Of a stretch of DNA of 64,000 nt, positions 36,798 through 46,523 are shown in pieces. Every line of letters starts with the position of its first letter. Positions within the stretch are counted from its first letter, which is position 1. The notes under the pieces are model-generated. The model ran no database searches. It saw nothing but the letters and a program-made list of their open reading frames with translations, and had not been told where the DNA came from. The DNA comes from a virus (Duplodnaviria; Heunggongvirae; Uroviricota; Caudoviricetes): IMG/VR virus record IMGVR_UViG_3300035688_000604; one strand, given 5' to 3'. A program made the position numbers and the translations under genes.

Positions 36798-37594
36798 AAG
36801 TTGATTTGACGATTGATTTTGATTTCTTCATCAGAGAAGACCCTGACTGGGATTTCGGTCATGCAGAATCTATGTTTTTCCTCACGACATTATGGAATCT
36901 GAGATATGCAGACCATGATTTACAGAAAGGTAGCGACATAGGGACTTTCGCAGATTTCAAACCTATTCAAATCATGGAGAAATTACGGGAGAAAGGTTTC
37001 AGGTTTTCAAAGAACACAAAATTTTCAATCGGTGAAAGTCATGCAGGAATCATCAAAGCATTTGATGGAAAGAATCATGCAGAAATGTTGATTAACATTG
37101 ATGCTCATCATGATTTTTTTGGAGAAATAGAAAACAAATGCCTGCCAAATGGGGATTCAAAAGTTCAGGCAGGAATCATCATCGATAAATATATAATTAA
37201 TGCTGGTAACTGGTTGAATTATTTCCACGACAAAAAATTCTACAAAAATGTTTTGATAATATATCCAAAATGGAAGGAAATCGGAAACGATGGCAACACA
37301 AAAAATCTTCCATATAAGATTTTAAAATGGGATGATTTGCCGAAAGATGATTATGAAATACAGGGAATCTATATATGCAGGTCTGGTTGCTGGGTTGCAC
37401 CCCATCATGATGAAGACTTCAAACTGTTTGTAACTCTTCTTTCATTGAATTGCAATAAAGGAAGGGGTTACACTCTTATCGGAGAAATTGACCCCATGAT
37501 TGAAAGGGAAATCGATTGGGATTTGATTAAAGAACACAAAGAACACCTTGAAAAATTCAGGGAAGATATAAAAAAGAGGTATGAAAAACGATGA
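36794..37594 (+). CDS. hypothetical protein
   Basis: 266 aa ORF with a 4-nt overlap with its neighbours. Confidence 0.45.
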   Translation: MKVDLTIDFDFFIREDPDWDFGHAESMFFLTTLWNLRYADHDLQKGSDIGTFADFKPIQIMEKLREKGFRFSKNTKFSIGESHAGIIKAFDGKNHAEMLINIDAHHDFFGEIENKCLPNGDSKVQAGIIIDKYIINAGNWLNYFHDKKFYKNVLIIYPKWKEIGNDGNTKNLPYKILKWDDLPKDDYEIQGIYICRSGCWVAPHHDEDFKLFVTLLSLNCNKGRGYTLIGEIDPMIEREIDWDLIKEHKEHLEKFREDIKKRYEKR

Positions 37595-38097
37595 CAGATA
37601 CCATAGAAGAATTAGTCAAGATGCATGATGCTTTCGTGAGAAAAGTAATGAAAGAAAGGGGGAAGTTAGTCTCGCAAATTGTTTTTTCTAAGAATAGAGA
37701 AGTATTTCCAATGATATGCCTTGGTGGAAGAGATGAAATCAAGATGGCAATGGTGGTCGCCAAGAGGCAAGACCCAGACTGGATAGTTGTGATGAACGAG
37801 GGGTATATAAAGAAATTCACGAGGGCTAAGGGCGAGAGCATCGAAAAAATGAAAGAGCGTGAGATGTCTCTTCTGTCAACACATCAAACTGGTGATTTGG
37901 AAAGAGAATTCAACCTCGGAAACCCAGACATAAAGGAAGTCGTCATACTTACTGTTTACACAAGAGACAAAAAAATGTCTGTTACTTATGAAAAAATCGG
38001 CAACAAGTTGAAGAAACTTTACGAGACCGATGATTTTGCTGGTTATCTAACATACGATGACATGGATATATTCAAAAAAATAAGGGATGAAAAATGA
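37591..38097 (+). CDS. hypothetical protein
   Basis: 168 aa ORF. Confidence 0.45.
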   Translation: MTDTIEELVKMHDAFVRKVMKERGKLVSQIVFSKNREVFPMICLGGRDEIKMAMVVAKRQDPDWIVVMNEGYIKKFTRAKGESIEKMKEREMSLLSTHQTGDLEREFNLGNPDIKEVVILTVYTRDKKMSVTYEKIGNKLKKLYETDDFAGYLTYDDMDIFKKIRDEK

Positions 38098-38354
38098 AAA
38101 ATAAAACTGCTAATCAGGTAATGAAAATAATAGTTGTTCTCAACTGCCTTTTCATAATGGGAATTCTGATTGCGATAAAGAACATAGACCTTGTTGTTAA
38201 TCTTTTCAATTTGAAGACCTATGAAGATACAAACGTTTATGGAATACCGCATGGAATGGAGCAGTATTACATGAACTCTCTGTTGATATTATATTGTAGT
38301 GTAATCTGGCTGATTCTCGTAAACATTCTCTTGCTCTTCATGGTGGTCAAATGA
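38094..38354 (+). CDS. small membrane protein
   Basis: 86 aa with two hydrophobic helices. Confidence 0.4.
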   Translation: MKNKTANQVMKIIVVLNCLFIMGILIAIKNIDLVVNLFNLKTYEDTNVYGIPHGMEQYYMNSLLILYCSVIWLILVNILLLFMVVK

Positions 38355-38530
38355 TAATCAAAATAAAATGTCCTTATCTGGAATGCAACAAAAAATTTGA
38401 TTTTTTGAAAGATTTGAAATTGCACCTGATAAGTTTTCATAGAATCCCTCTGGTATATGTCAAAGACGTATATTTTGATGAAGACAAAAGAAGAGTATGT
38501 GGATTAGGTGATGTTCTTGAAAATTTATAG
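38351..38530 (+). CDS. C2H2 zinc-finger protein (59 aa)
   Basis: Manual translation gives MIIKIKCPYLECNKKFDFLKDLKLHLISFHRIPLVYVKDVYFDEDKRRVCGLGDVLENL (C-x4-C-x12-H-x4-H). ATGA overlap with the previous gene. Confidence 0.4.
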   Translation: MIIKIKCPYLECNKKFDFLKDLKLHLISFHRIPLVYVKDVYFDEDKRRVCGLGDVLENL

Positions 38531-38780
38531 ATACAGGAACGATTACACAAAAATTTTGAGAAAATTAATTTCATCATTCACAGCCAAAAAAAGACATGGT
38601 TGGAAGAGGGAAATTGGTTGCGGATTCTTGGCTGAGGAGATAGAATCAATAAAGATTATCAGTAAAAAATTATTGCTGTTCAATTTTAATTTTGACCGCA
38701 AGCAGGAGATTGAGATACCAGAACTGAACTTGAGAGAGACTGAAGAGGCTATAAAATTTATTAGAAAAGTGATTAAATGA
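38508..38780 (+). CDS. hypothetical basic protein
   Basis: 90 aa ORF that overlaps the previous ORF's end. Confidence 0.3.
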   Translation: MMFLKIYRYRNDYTKILRKLISSFTAKKRHGWKREIGCGFLAEEIESIKIISKKLLLFNFNFDRKQEIEIPELNLRETEEAIKFIRKVIK

Positions 38781-38933
38781 TGACAGGTTTAAGTGAATTT
38801 AAAAAAAATGAGGTTATAAGATTGTTGAAGATGTATCATGGTTGCGTCAACAGAGTAGCCATAGAAAGCGGTGTGTCCTTATCCACGATAAGGAAATATT
38901 TCAAGGATGTAATTCAAAGAGAAAAGGAAAGAT

Positions 38934-39461
38934 TCAACTGTGAATGTTGACTCCAAGGATTTTTGAAAGATTTTTTCTGTGGTAATCAAAATCATCACCG
39001 AACATTCTTGCAAGCATTCCGTAGACTTCAATCCCTTGTTCTGGTGTGTAATAGATACAATTCACTTTCTTTTTCTTTTTTTTCAGGAAGACTCTCTTGA
39101 ACCTTAATTTTTTTATCGATAGACCATTCATCTTCAATATTCTGTAGAAACTTGTGCTGTATCCGAATTTCTTTGTTATCTCAAAAGGAAATCTTGGTTT
39201 TTTCTTTATGAACTCAAGAATTTCAAGTGATTTTGTAGGTTTTATGTAATCTGGAATCTCTCGTTTTCCGCTCCTTACTTCTTCCCAATACCTCGTAAGA
39301 AACCAGCGACCAGTCTTGAATTTTTCCCTGACAAAGTATGTGTTTACAGTATTAGGAGAGATATTGAACTTTTTTGAGGTTTTTTGTAGCAGTTCGGTTC
39401 TTGTGCTGTCTTTCCTCATAACAGATTTTGCATACTTTACGACCTGTTCTGAACGCCTCAT
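38934..39461 (-). CDS. HTH-only protein resembling the N-terminal DNA-binding region of IS630/Tc1-family transposases (no DDE domain)
   Basis: Two HTH-like segments: KKFNISPNTVNTYFVRE and ILEFIKKKPRFPFEITKKFGYSTSFYRILKMNGLSIKKL. Confidence 0.35.
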   Translation of the reverse strand: MRRSEQVVKYAKSVMRKDSTRTELLQKTSKKFNISPNTVNTYFVREKFKTGRWFLTRYWEEVRSGKREIPDYIKPTKSLEILEFIKKKPRFPFEITKKFGYSTSFYRILKMNGLSIKKLRFKRVFLKKKKKKVNCIYYTPEQGIEVYGMLARMFGDDFDYHRKNLSKILGVNIHS

Positions 39462-39587
39462 GATAAATATTTATCTTTAAAACATTTAAACAAGCACGAT
39501 GGATATGGTTGAAGATGATGGCTGGGATGACGAAGAAGAAACTGATGACAAAGACGACACAGACGATGACGAAGAATTAGATGAAGG

Positions 39588-39863
39588 CTACGATGAGTGA
39601 TTACGTTTTTTGTTCTTTTTTTCTTTTTCCTCTTCATCATATAAAGAGACTTCTCCAAATTTGACTATTGCGAAGACCATACCAAGAAAAAGCATTGCAG
39701 AAGACACCATAATTAACGGGTCTTTTGCCCGCCACATCTGTATTATGGTAGCAAAAAGCATTATCAACATACCAAACCAATTATACCATTCTGGTTCTGA
39801 ATTGGGCATAATAATATAATAAAAAAGAAAAAATAAATAGAAAAAGCACACGCCACGATTCAA
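39588..39863 (-). CDS. small membrane protein with K/E-rich tail
   Basis: 91 aa ORF. Likely true start at MPNSEPEWYNW. Confidence 0.3.
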   Translation of the reverse strand: MNRGVCFFYLFFLFYYIIMPNSEPEWYNWFGMLIMLFATIIQMWRAKDPLIMVSSAMLFLGMVFAIVKFGEVSLYDEEEKEKKNKKRNHSS

Positions 39864-40111
39864 CTTTTCTTCCTCAATGCGTCTCTGTATGGAATTGAGA
39901 TGTTTTCGTATGTGTTGTCTACTCTTTCAAACGCTTCTTTTGGTTCATTGAAGGGAAATATAAGATTAAGTGTCCTTGAAAGTTTATGATTCTTGTCTGT
40001 TTTTATACCAAGTCTCTTTGCATCGTTGCTGTCAATCCACACAGTAATGTGAATCGGTAGGACTTTTTCTGTCAAACCAACAAACAAAGTTTCTCTTGCC
40101 ATGATTTTCAC
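39860..40111 (-). CDS. hypothetical protein
   Basis: 83 aa ORF. Confidence 0.35.
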   Translation of the reverse strand: MKIMARETLFVGLTEKVLPIHITVWIDSNDAKRLGIKTDKNHKLSRTLNLIFPFNEPKEAFERVDNTYENISIPYRDALRKKS

Positions 40112-40215
40112 CCCCTTTTTTACTTTGTTTTATACTGTAACAATAACATTTAATATTTAAATATCTTTCCATTTCAAAAATCACTGTGAAAAATACTATA
40201 CAAAACAGAAGAAGA

Positions 40216-40290
40216 TTGCGAGAGTCGGATTTGAACCGACAATCTCTGATTCATGAGACCAGTATGTTAACCAAGTTACACCATCTCGCA
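40216..40290 (-). tRNA. tRNA with CAT anticodon (Met or Ile2), CCA not encoded
   Basis: RC reads TGCGAGA TG GTGT AACTTGGTTA ACAT A CTGGT CTCATGA ATCAG AGATT GTCGG TTCAAAT CCGAC TCTCGCA A. Good cloverleaf with a 7-bp acceptor stem and TTCAAAT T-loop. Confidence 0.8.
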
Positions 40291-40458
40291 TTATTTGTTT
40301 TTTTTGTTTTTTTCCTTAAATTTATTAACTATTTTTTCCATCATTTCAAGATTTTTGATTATAGTTTTGTTCGCAAAATAAACTCCTACAGCAGAACCTA
40401 TACCAGAACCCAAGCCAATCATCATTGCATTAAGTATTATCTCAAAAATACTTGCCAT
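40291..40458 (-). CDS. small membrane protein (55 aa, MASIFEIILNAMMIGLGSGIGSAVGVYF...), relative of the 613..813 family
   Basis: Internal Met of a longer track ORF. Gly-rich hydrophobic helix similar to the 613..813 and 42140..42451 proteins. Confidence 0.35.
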   Translation of the reverse strand: MASIFEIILNAMMIGLGSGIGSAVGVYFANKTIIKNLEMMEKIVNKFKEKNKKNK

Positions 40459-40823
40459 ATTCTCACCTCTAAACGTTTTTATTTTAAATTTAAATTGGAT
40501 TAGTATAAATTCCTCTTCTTCAGTATGAACTTCAGTAGTTTTTTGTCTTTTATCGTGTTCAAATCTCCCTGAAACCCTTGTTTTGATATTCTTGGATGAG
40601 ACTGCCTGTAATGTTCCGTCAAATCTTTTCCAGAAGAAAAGGAATAACCGCATCCGCATTTAACAGAGCCACTATGTGCTCTGGGTTTATATTTTCCTTT
40701 AGAAGAATGCTTCTTAACATCCTTCGCTTTTCTCGTTCTTGAAATTTAGGTTCACCTTACCATAGCAAACCTGAATTAACTCAGGTTATGCATGGTTGGT
40801 GTCAAGTTCTGAATGCATAGGAA

Positions 40824-41174
40824 TTATTTTGTTATCGTATATTTAAGTTCTTTCATTTTTCTTAATTCTCTGCGAATCTTCAATTGTGGTTTAGGATAAA
40901 TGATTATCATTATATCGATGACCGAGACCATCCTTTTTTTCTTTCTGACCTTCCAATATTTTCTCCCATAATTATCCATCAAACCTATTATCTTCAGCCA
41001 TTCTTTTGGAAGAATAAACCCCCTATCAGCAAGAATTAGAATGTCTATGTCAGACTTTTTCTCCACATATTTTTTAAACCTGACAGAACCGAAGATTGTA
41101 TAAACCAATTTCTTGTTTAGAACTCTTTCGCATTCTGAGACGAATTCTTCTGCAATCTTCTCTGGTGACATCAT
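40824..41174 (-). CDS. minimal nucleotidyltransferase (Pol beta superfamily, MNT-like)
   Basis: IFGSVRFKKYVEKKSDIDILILAD shows the GS...DxD NTase signature. Confidence 0.5.
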   Translation of the reverse strand: MMSPEKIAEEFVSECERVLNKKLVYTIFGSVRFKKYVEKKSDIDILILADRGFILPKEWLKIIGLMDNYGRKYWKVRKKKRMVSVIDIMIIIYPKPQLKIRRELRKMKELKYTITK

Positions 41175-41211
41175 AAATTAATCTTTTAAAGTTAAAGATT
41201 TAAAATAAAGA

Positions 41212-42105
41212 GTGGTGAAAAGAATGGATATTAGGCACTACATAGCAATCGTTGTCGTTGTGATAATAGCGACAATAATAGCATTCGACTCGATTACTAT
41301 AATAAAGGCTGGTGAAGTGGGAGTTGTATTTGATGCAAGTAGAGGAGTTTTACCCGACCCATTGGGCACAGGTTGGCACTTCAAGACACCAATATTGCAG
41401 ACCATCTATCCTATAAAAACAGCAAGAGACACGATAAACTTATACGGGACTTATGATGAATGCAAGCAAGAACCGCAGGATTGTGATGATATAGCAATAT
41501 CGATACCGAGCAAAGAAGGATTGGAAATAAGAGTTGATGTTTCAATCTTCTACAGAGTAAAATCTGATAGAGCAGTTGATGTTGTAAAGTCATTGACCAC
41601 AGATTATGTATGGGGAACAGTAATACCTTCAATTCGTTCAGCAACGAGAGATGTAGCAGGTGGAATGGCTGTGACAGAACTTTATGGAACTGGAAGAGAA
41701 AAATTAGAAGAAGGAATTTTCAATAACTTGAACCCGAAATTTGAAAAGGATGGTTTCGTCTTGGAAGAAGTCCTGATAAGAGATGTAGCCATACCAGAAC
41801 AGATAAAGAATGCAGTTGAATCCAAACAAAAAACAGAACAAGAGATGTTGCAGAAAGAGACTGAAGTTAAGAAGGAAAAATTGGAAGCAGAGAGAATAAT
41901 CGCAGAGGCAACTGGTGTTGCAGAATCAAAATTGAAAGTTGCAACAGCAGAGGCAGAGGCAATAAGAATTCAGGGACAAGCATTGAGAGAAAATCCAGAT
42001 GTAGTCCAATTGAGATGGGTAGAAAAATGGGACGGAAAATTACCGACATACATGTTCGGGCAAACAGGCTCGGCATTAATACAGATTCCAACAAACATAG
42101 GATAA
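41212..42105 (+). CDS. SPFH/band-7 (stomatin/prohibitin-like) membrane protein
   Basis: N-terminal TM followed by GEVGVVFDASRGVL..., typical of the SPFH domain. Coiled-coil C-terminus. Confidence 0.65.
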   Translation: MVKRMDIRHYIAIVVVVIIATIIAFDSITIIKAGEVGVVFDASRGVLPDPLGTGWHFKTPILQTIYPIKTARDTINLYGTYDECKQEPQDCDDIAISIPSKEGLEIRVDVSIFYRVKSDRAVDVVKSLTTDYVWGTVIPSIRSATRDVAGGMAVTELYGTGREKLEEGIFNNLNPKFEKDGFVLEEVLIRDVAIPEQIKNAVESKQKTEQEMLQKETEVKKEKLEAERIIAEATGVAESKLKVATAEAEAIRIQGQALRENPDVVQLRWVEKWDGKLPTYMFGQTGSALIQIPTNIG

Positions 42106-42139
42106 AAGATTTTATTTTTTATTTTTTTAATTTATTGTA

Positions 42140-42451
42140 GTGATTATAATGGAGAAAAAAAAACCTTCATGGATTCCATTAGCCGTTTTTTTAATCAGCA
42201 TACTGGTTATTGGAATCGCAGTCATTGGAATACAATCAAAATATGTTAGGATTGCACCAGAAAGACATCTGAGTAGAAGTATAAAAGAAACACCAAAACA
42301 GCAATTAACAGAAATTTCAAGGACTTTGAACGAAACAGCGACAGACATCAATAATCTTCTTGGCGGTTCTACTGCGATTTTTGTTATATTGTTAGCCGTT
42401 GGAACTGCCATTGGATTTGCTATGATGAGAATTAATTCCAACAGATTCTAA
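42140..42451 (+). CDS. small membrane protein, member of the AIFVILLAVGT-IGF family
   Basis: C-terminal LLGGSTAIFVILLAVGTAIGFAMM, nearly identical to the helix of 613..813. Confidence 0.45.
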   Translation: MIIMEKKKPSWIPLAVFLISILVIGIAVIGIQSKYVRIAPERHLSRSIKETPKQQLTEISRTLNETATDINNLLGGSTAIFVILLAVGTAIGFAMMRINSNRF

Positions 42452-42966
42452 AAATCAGTCAAACTTCTCTGAACCGAGTTTTCTTCCTTTTCTTCTTCAA
42501 CCGTTGATTCCAATTTCCCAGTAATCAACCAATCCTCAAAATTGATTCCCAACCGCAAAGGTATGTTGAAAGCCAACTCGCTCTCGTCTGGATAATCTGC
42601 GAACTTCTCCCTGAAATCAAGTTTCTCAGTCGTTCTGAGATATTCTATGATGTCATCCGTAAGGAAGATATACAATCGAATAATATCATCATCCTTGAAT
42701 ATTACCAGCCTGTCACGACCTTCATTCAACTGAAATTTTATCTCGGAAGAGTTCATCAAAGTCATCGCACCATGACCTTTTCTTGTGTAAGAAGTAGTCC
42801 CCCTCGGTCTGAAAGTCACGAAGAATTTTCTTCCTTTTATTTCATACCTGTAACCGACAACCCTGTTTAGATAATTTACGTTTATCCTGTCTTTGTATGC
42901 CTCTCCTACTTTTCCGCCATGCTTATTGACAAGCCATCTCACTGCATCTCTGATATTTTGAGGCAT
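42448..42966 (-). CDS. hypothetical protein
   Basis: 172 aa ORF. Confidence 0.4.
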   Translation of the reverse strand: MPQNIRDAVRWLVNKHGGKVGEAYKDRINVNYLNRVVGYRYEIKGRKFFVTFRPRGTTSYTRKGHGAMTLMNSSEIKFQLNEGRDRLVIFKDDDIIRLYIFLTDDIIEYLRTTEKLDFREKFADYPDESELAFNIPLRLGINFEDWLITGKLESTVEEEKEENSVQRSLTDF

Positions 42967-43016
42967 AAAAATATATGGTGAAACGTATTTAAATTTTTAA
43001 AGATTAATTAAAAATC

Positions 43017-43460
43017 ATGGGAGAATTAGATATTGAATGGAAATGCGGAAAATGCGGAAAAGAATATACTTGCGATGAATACAACCGATTACCATCAACA
43101 AAAGTAGTTGAAACAGACACAAACCCCAGAGAACAACATGGTTATACTTCCGTTTGTAGTTGTGGTTATGTTTTTCATAGAGATAAGTGGAGACTTCAAA
43201 AAATATTAACATTAAAGGCAAAAATGGGTAAAGTTAAACTAAGAGTAAGCACAGTCTTCCTTGAATTGAACCATTTTGGGATGTGGTATGAGACTATGGT
43301 ATTTATCGAAAAGAGTGACTTTTCAATAACCTGTTATTATCAAGATAGGTATGTGACCAAAGAGGAAGCGATTAAAGGACATGAAAATGTCATCAAATCT
43401 CTTAAAAATAAGAAATTTGAGATAACACCTAACGAATTTGAATTGAAGATATTGATTTAA
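43017..43460 (+). CDS. Zn-ribbon-containing hypothetical protein
   Basis: WKCGKCGKEYTCDEY...CSCGYVFH. Confidence 0.4.
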   Translation: MGELDIEWKCGKCGKEYTCDEYNRLPSTKVVETDTNPREQHGYTSVCSCGYVFHRDKWRLQKILTLKAKMGKVKLRVSTVFLELNHFGMWYETMVFIEKSDFSITCYYQDRYVTKEEAIKGHENVIKSLKNKKFEITPNEFELKILI

Positions 43461-43484
43461 ATTTTTAAAGAATAAATTATACTT

Positions 43485-44270
43485 ATGCCAGAACCAAGCC
43501 AAGATTCGTCCAAAGATGAGCCAAGAGATTTCGAGCAGGAAGTGATGAAGGAAGAGAGCAAGAAAGTAAGAAACAAATTGAGCCAGAACAACGCCAAGAC
43601 TGAACCAGAAGTAATCCATTCAGAGCCAGTAGATACGATTGTAAAGTGTCCATCATGTGGAAAGAACAAAGTCAACTGGGTCTTTACAAAGCGTGGAGCA
43701 AGTTTAAAATGCATGAGTTGTGGTTTTGACACGCATGTTTTGCAGGATGTTTTCTCTCATCGCAGGAAAGAATTGGAAGTCCTTCCTATACTCAAAGAAA
43801 TATTTTCTCAATTGATTTTCAAAGAAAATGTCCCGATAGATACTGATATTTTTTCTGGAGAAATAGGTCATGCAAAAACAAGGTATGACTTTGGAGTTTA
43901 CTGGTTCTCAAAAAAGATTGCCAAATGCAAAGTCGCAGTCCTTCAGAATACAACAAGAGATAATTACCTAAACGCTGAAGAGCAATATATCCAAGGTCGT
44001 CCAAAAGTGTTCGAGTATCTAAGTAAAATCAACGCAATCATGGTGTTTTATTTTGTCGATGAGCCTGATAATACTAAAAAGATAGCGATGGCTGATTGTA
44101 GGGAAATGAAGAAATTTGCTGTGATGGTAAAAGACCGTTTTAATAATGACCAATATCATTTGAACAAAGAAATAAGAAAAGTTATAATCAAGACTTCATT
44201 CAAGGATTTTCAAACTCTGATATTCAGGAATTTTTATGATTTGATAACCGAAGGTGTCTATATTGTCTGA
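43485..44270 (+). CDS. hypothetical protein with Zn-ribbon
   Basis: 261 aa. CPSCGKNKVNW...CMSCGFDTH. Confidence 0.45.
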   Translation: MPEPSQDSSKDEPRDFEQEVMKEESKKVRNKLSQNNAKTEPEVIHSEPVDTIVKCPSCGKNKVNWVFTKRGASLKCMSCGFDTHVLQDVFSHRRKELEVLPILKEIFSQLIFKENVPIDTDIFSGEIGHAKTRYDFGVYWFSKKIAKCKVAVLQNTTRDNYLNAEEQYIQGRPKVFEYLSKINAIMVFYFVDEPDNTKKIAMADCREMKKFAVMVKDRFNNDQYHLNKEIRKVIIKTSFKDFQTLIFRNFYDLITEGVYIV

Positions 44271-44775
44271 AAGAATTCAAACAACATTGAAAGGAGAAAA
44301 AATAATAAAAGATTTTACGCTCAATGAAGCGAGAAGGATAGCCGAAGAAATTTGTGATTTCTTAAAAGACCATGTGATTAAAATCGAGATAGTCGGTTCT
44401 ATACGAAGAAAGAGGAATATAGTTCATGATATAGACATAGTTGCTGTAGCAAAGCCCTATTTCCTTCAGAGAATTTATCAGTTGCCTGAAATTAAGATGA
44501 AAAAATCTGGAAAGAAACTCATAGAATTTGAATACAAAAAAATGCAGGTGGATGTTTATTTAAGTAACGAGGAAACTTTTGAGACAATACGATTGATAAG
44601 GACTGGTTCTGCCGAACATAACAAAAAATTGTGCATGATAGCCATTCGTAAGGGGATGCATCTTTATGCAAATGGCGGTGGTCTTTGGAAAGAAATTAAC
44701 AAAGTTACTGATACCGAAGAGGGAATCTTAAAAGAATTGTTGGGAAAAGTTCCATTGCCAGAGGAACGAGAATGA
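44254..44775 (+). CDS. minimal DNA polymerase X-like nucleotidyltransferase (173 aa; palm + thumb only)
   Basis: IVGSIRRKRNIVHDIDIVAV matches the Pol beta GS..RG...D.D palm. IRTGSAEHNKKLCMIAIRKGMHLYANG matches the Pol beta TGSxxFNxxMR thumb. Size comparable to ASFV Pol X. Confidence 0.55.
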   Translation: MSILSERIQTTLKGEKIIKDFTLNEARRIAEEICDFLKDHVIKIEIVGSIRRKRNIVHDIDIVAVAKPYFLQRIYQLPEIKMKKSGKKLIEFEYKKMQVDVYLSNEETFETIRLIRTGSAEHNKKLCMIAIRKGMHLYANGGGLWKEINKVTDTEEGILKELLGKVPLPEERE

Positions 44776-45173
44776 AAATTCATAAAACAGCAATCCTGAC
44801 CACTATAGCAACCCTCGTATTGATTGTTTTATTGGCTAATTTTTTGGCAGGAAATAATCTTTTTTGTGATTACAAAACAATATGCAGGCTTTCATATAAA
44901 AGGAGTTGTTGGGATTTACAGAATCCAGAATTCGATTGTGGTATAATTTACAACAGACTCGGAAAATATTGGAACAAGAACTCAAGTTATGTTTCTGGGA
45001 GCATGGCTAACATCGAAGTGACTGCCTGTAGCAAAGAAGTATTAGGTGTATTGGAAAAACAGTTCAACTTAACTTTGACAAATGAGACTTGCAAGTATTA
45101 TTGTTGCGTCACTGACGGAACTTGCTACAATGGTGTTGGTGTTAATAATCAAGCATTATGTATAGGTAATTAA
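44772..45173 (+). CDS. secreted Cys-rich protein with N-terminal TM/signal
   Basis: 133 aa with about 10 Cys. Confidence 0.4.
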   Translation: MKIHKTAILTTIATLVLIVLLANFLAGNNLFCDYKTICRLSYKRSCWDLQNPEFDCGIIYNRLGKYWNKNSSYVSGSMANIEVTACSKEVLGVLEKQFNLTLTNETCKYYCCVTDGTCYNGVGVNNQALCIGN

Positions 45174-45174
45174 A

Positions 45175-45441
45175 ATGAAATTTGCTAAAGATTTAGAAGG
45201 AAAAGCAAGGCACAATGAATGTTTTATCAAAGGTTGTAATAAGAAAGTATTTACTTCCTTCAAAACAGAAGAGGGATATTATTCTCTCTGTGAAGAACAT
45301 TCGTTTGAAGAATATAAGGAATGGAAAAAATTAAACATGACAATCCATGATATGGTAGACGAAGGTGTTTTGAACTACAATAAAGCGATGATTTTAGAGA
45401 GAAGAACCAATAAAGAAAATTCTAAAAGAAAAAAGGTGTAG
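45175..45441 (+). CDS. small Cys/His-containing protein
   Basis: 88 aa. HNECFIKGCNKK...CEEH. Confidence 0.35.
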   Translation: MKFAKDLEGKARHNECFIKGCNKKVFTSFKTEEGYYSLCEEHSFEEYKEWKKLNMTIHDMVDEGVLNYNKAMILERRTNKENSKRKKV

Positions 45442-45842
45442 ATAATGGTATTACAAGAATGCGAAGATTGTATGAACTCACATAGATTTAATCAAACCTG
45501 TTTGTTCATTCAAATATTAAATCAAGGGTTCTGTCAAAAACATGGAGTAATGACAAATAAAGAATGGTTAAAAGAAAATTCCAAAGGAGAAAAGGTGATA
45601 AATAACGGAAGAAGATAGTGTTTACGATTGGAATGCAGAATACAAGAAAGAGAAGAATAAAAAAAGAAGGTTGAATGAAATTCAAAAAGATTTTAGAGTT
45701 GATTAAAAATGGAATATAGAACATTAGAACAGGATATTTTTGAGATTTTTAGCAAAAGGAATATAGAAGTATTATGTGAGACAGTTCATTTTGACAAGAA
45801 GAAAAAATGTTTTGTCTGGACTATAGAAGGGAGAAGTAAAAA

Positions 45843-46055
45843 ATGAACGGAATGGCAATCGTTATAAAACCAACAAAAGGGGATAAGGAAAAATATGCGA
45901 AGGTATCAGAAGAGATACTAAACATTTTTAAAAAATATAAATTAAAGACAGAAGAAGTCGCTTACATTGTTCATGTCATGGAAAATGTTATCAAAGAAGG
46001 TGGCTTACGCATAGTCACTGATACGGAGATGGAAGATGGAACAAAAATCAATTGA
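45843..46055 (+). CDS. small hypothetical protein
   Basis: 70 aa ORF. Confidence 0.3.
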   Translation: MNGMAIVIKPTKGDKEKYAKVSEEILNIFKKYKLKTEEVAYIVHVMENVIKEGGLRIVTDTEMEDGTKIN

Positions 46056-46305
46056 TTTTGAGAAGGAAATAGCATGCATCCGTGCACTGCTCGAAAGATT
46101 GTTGAGGGTCATGGATGAGAGGCTTTTTGTAGATTACCAGATGGAAAAATTCGGAAGGATAAAATATCTTGTGAAAGAAGACCTGTTAAGATGCGTCAGA
46201 TGTTTGAAGCCTATGAAACAGATTGATAAATATACTTGGAAATTGGACTGCGAATGCATTGAAAAATATCCAGAGTTGAAGAATTTGAGGTTGAGTTTGG
46301 GATGA
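46036..46305 (+). CDS. small hypothetical protein
   Basis: 89 aa with a Cys cluster (CVRCLKP...CEC). Confidence 0.3.
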   Translation: MEQKSIDFEKEIACIRALLERLLRVMDERLFVDYQMEKFGRIKYLVKEDLLRCVRCLKPMKQIDKYTWKLDCECIEKYPELKNLRLSLG

Positions 46306-46523
46306 AAGGGTTTCTAAAATTCAAAAAGTTTGGCGAGGGAAACTGGTGGGTTTACAATCATAAGGGGGAAATACTCGGTTCAATAGCATACCACTCAAGA
46401 TGGAAAAGATTCGTGTTTGAACCAGACGACACTACATTTTTTGATGCCGAATGTTTGTTGAAGATAATTGAAAAATTGAATAAATTGCAGAAGTTAAAAA
46501 ATGGAAGAAATAAAAAACGTTGA
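46302..46523 (+). CDS. small hypothetical protein
   Basis: 73 aa ORF, coupled to its neighbours. Confidence 0.3.
   Translation: MKGFLKFKKFGEGNWWVYNHKGEILGSIAYHSRWKRFVFEPDDTTFFDAECLLKIIEKLNKLQKLKNGRNKKR

Noticed and set aside
40770-40800. Near-perfect palindrome AACCTGAATTAACTCAGGTT downstream of the nucleotidyltransferase gene as a terminator
   Set aside because: Archaeal terminators are usually T-tracts and no oligo-T follows the hairpin. It was left unannotated.
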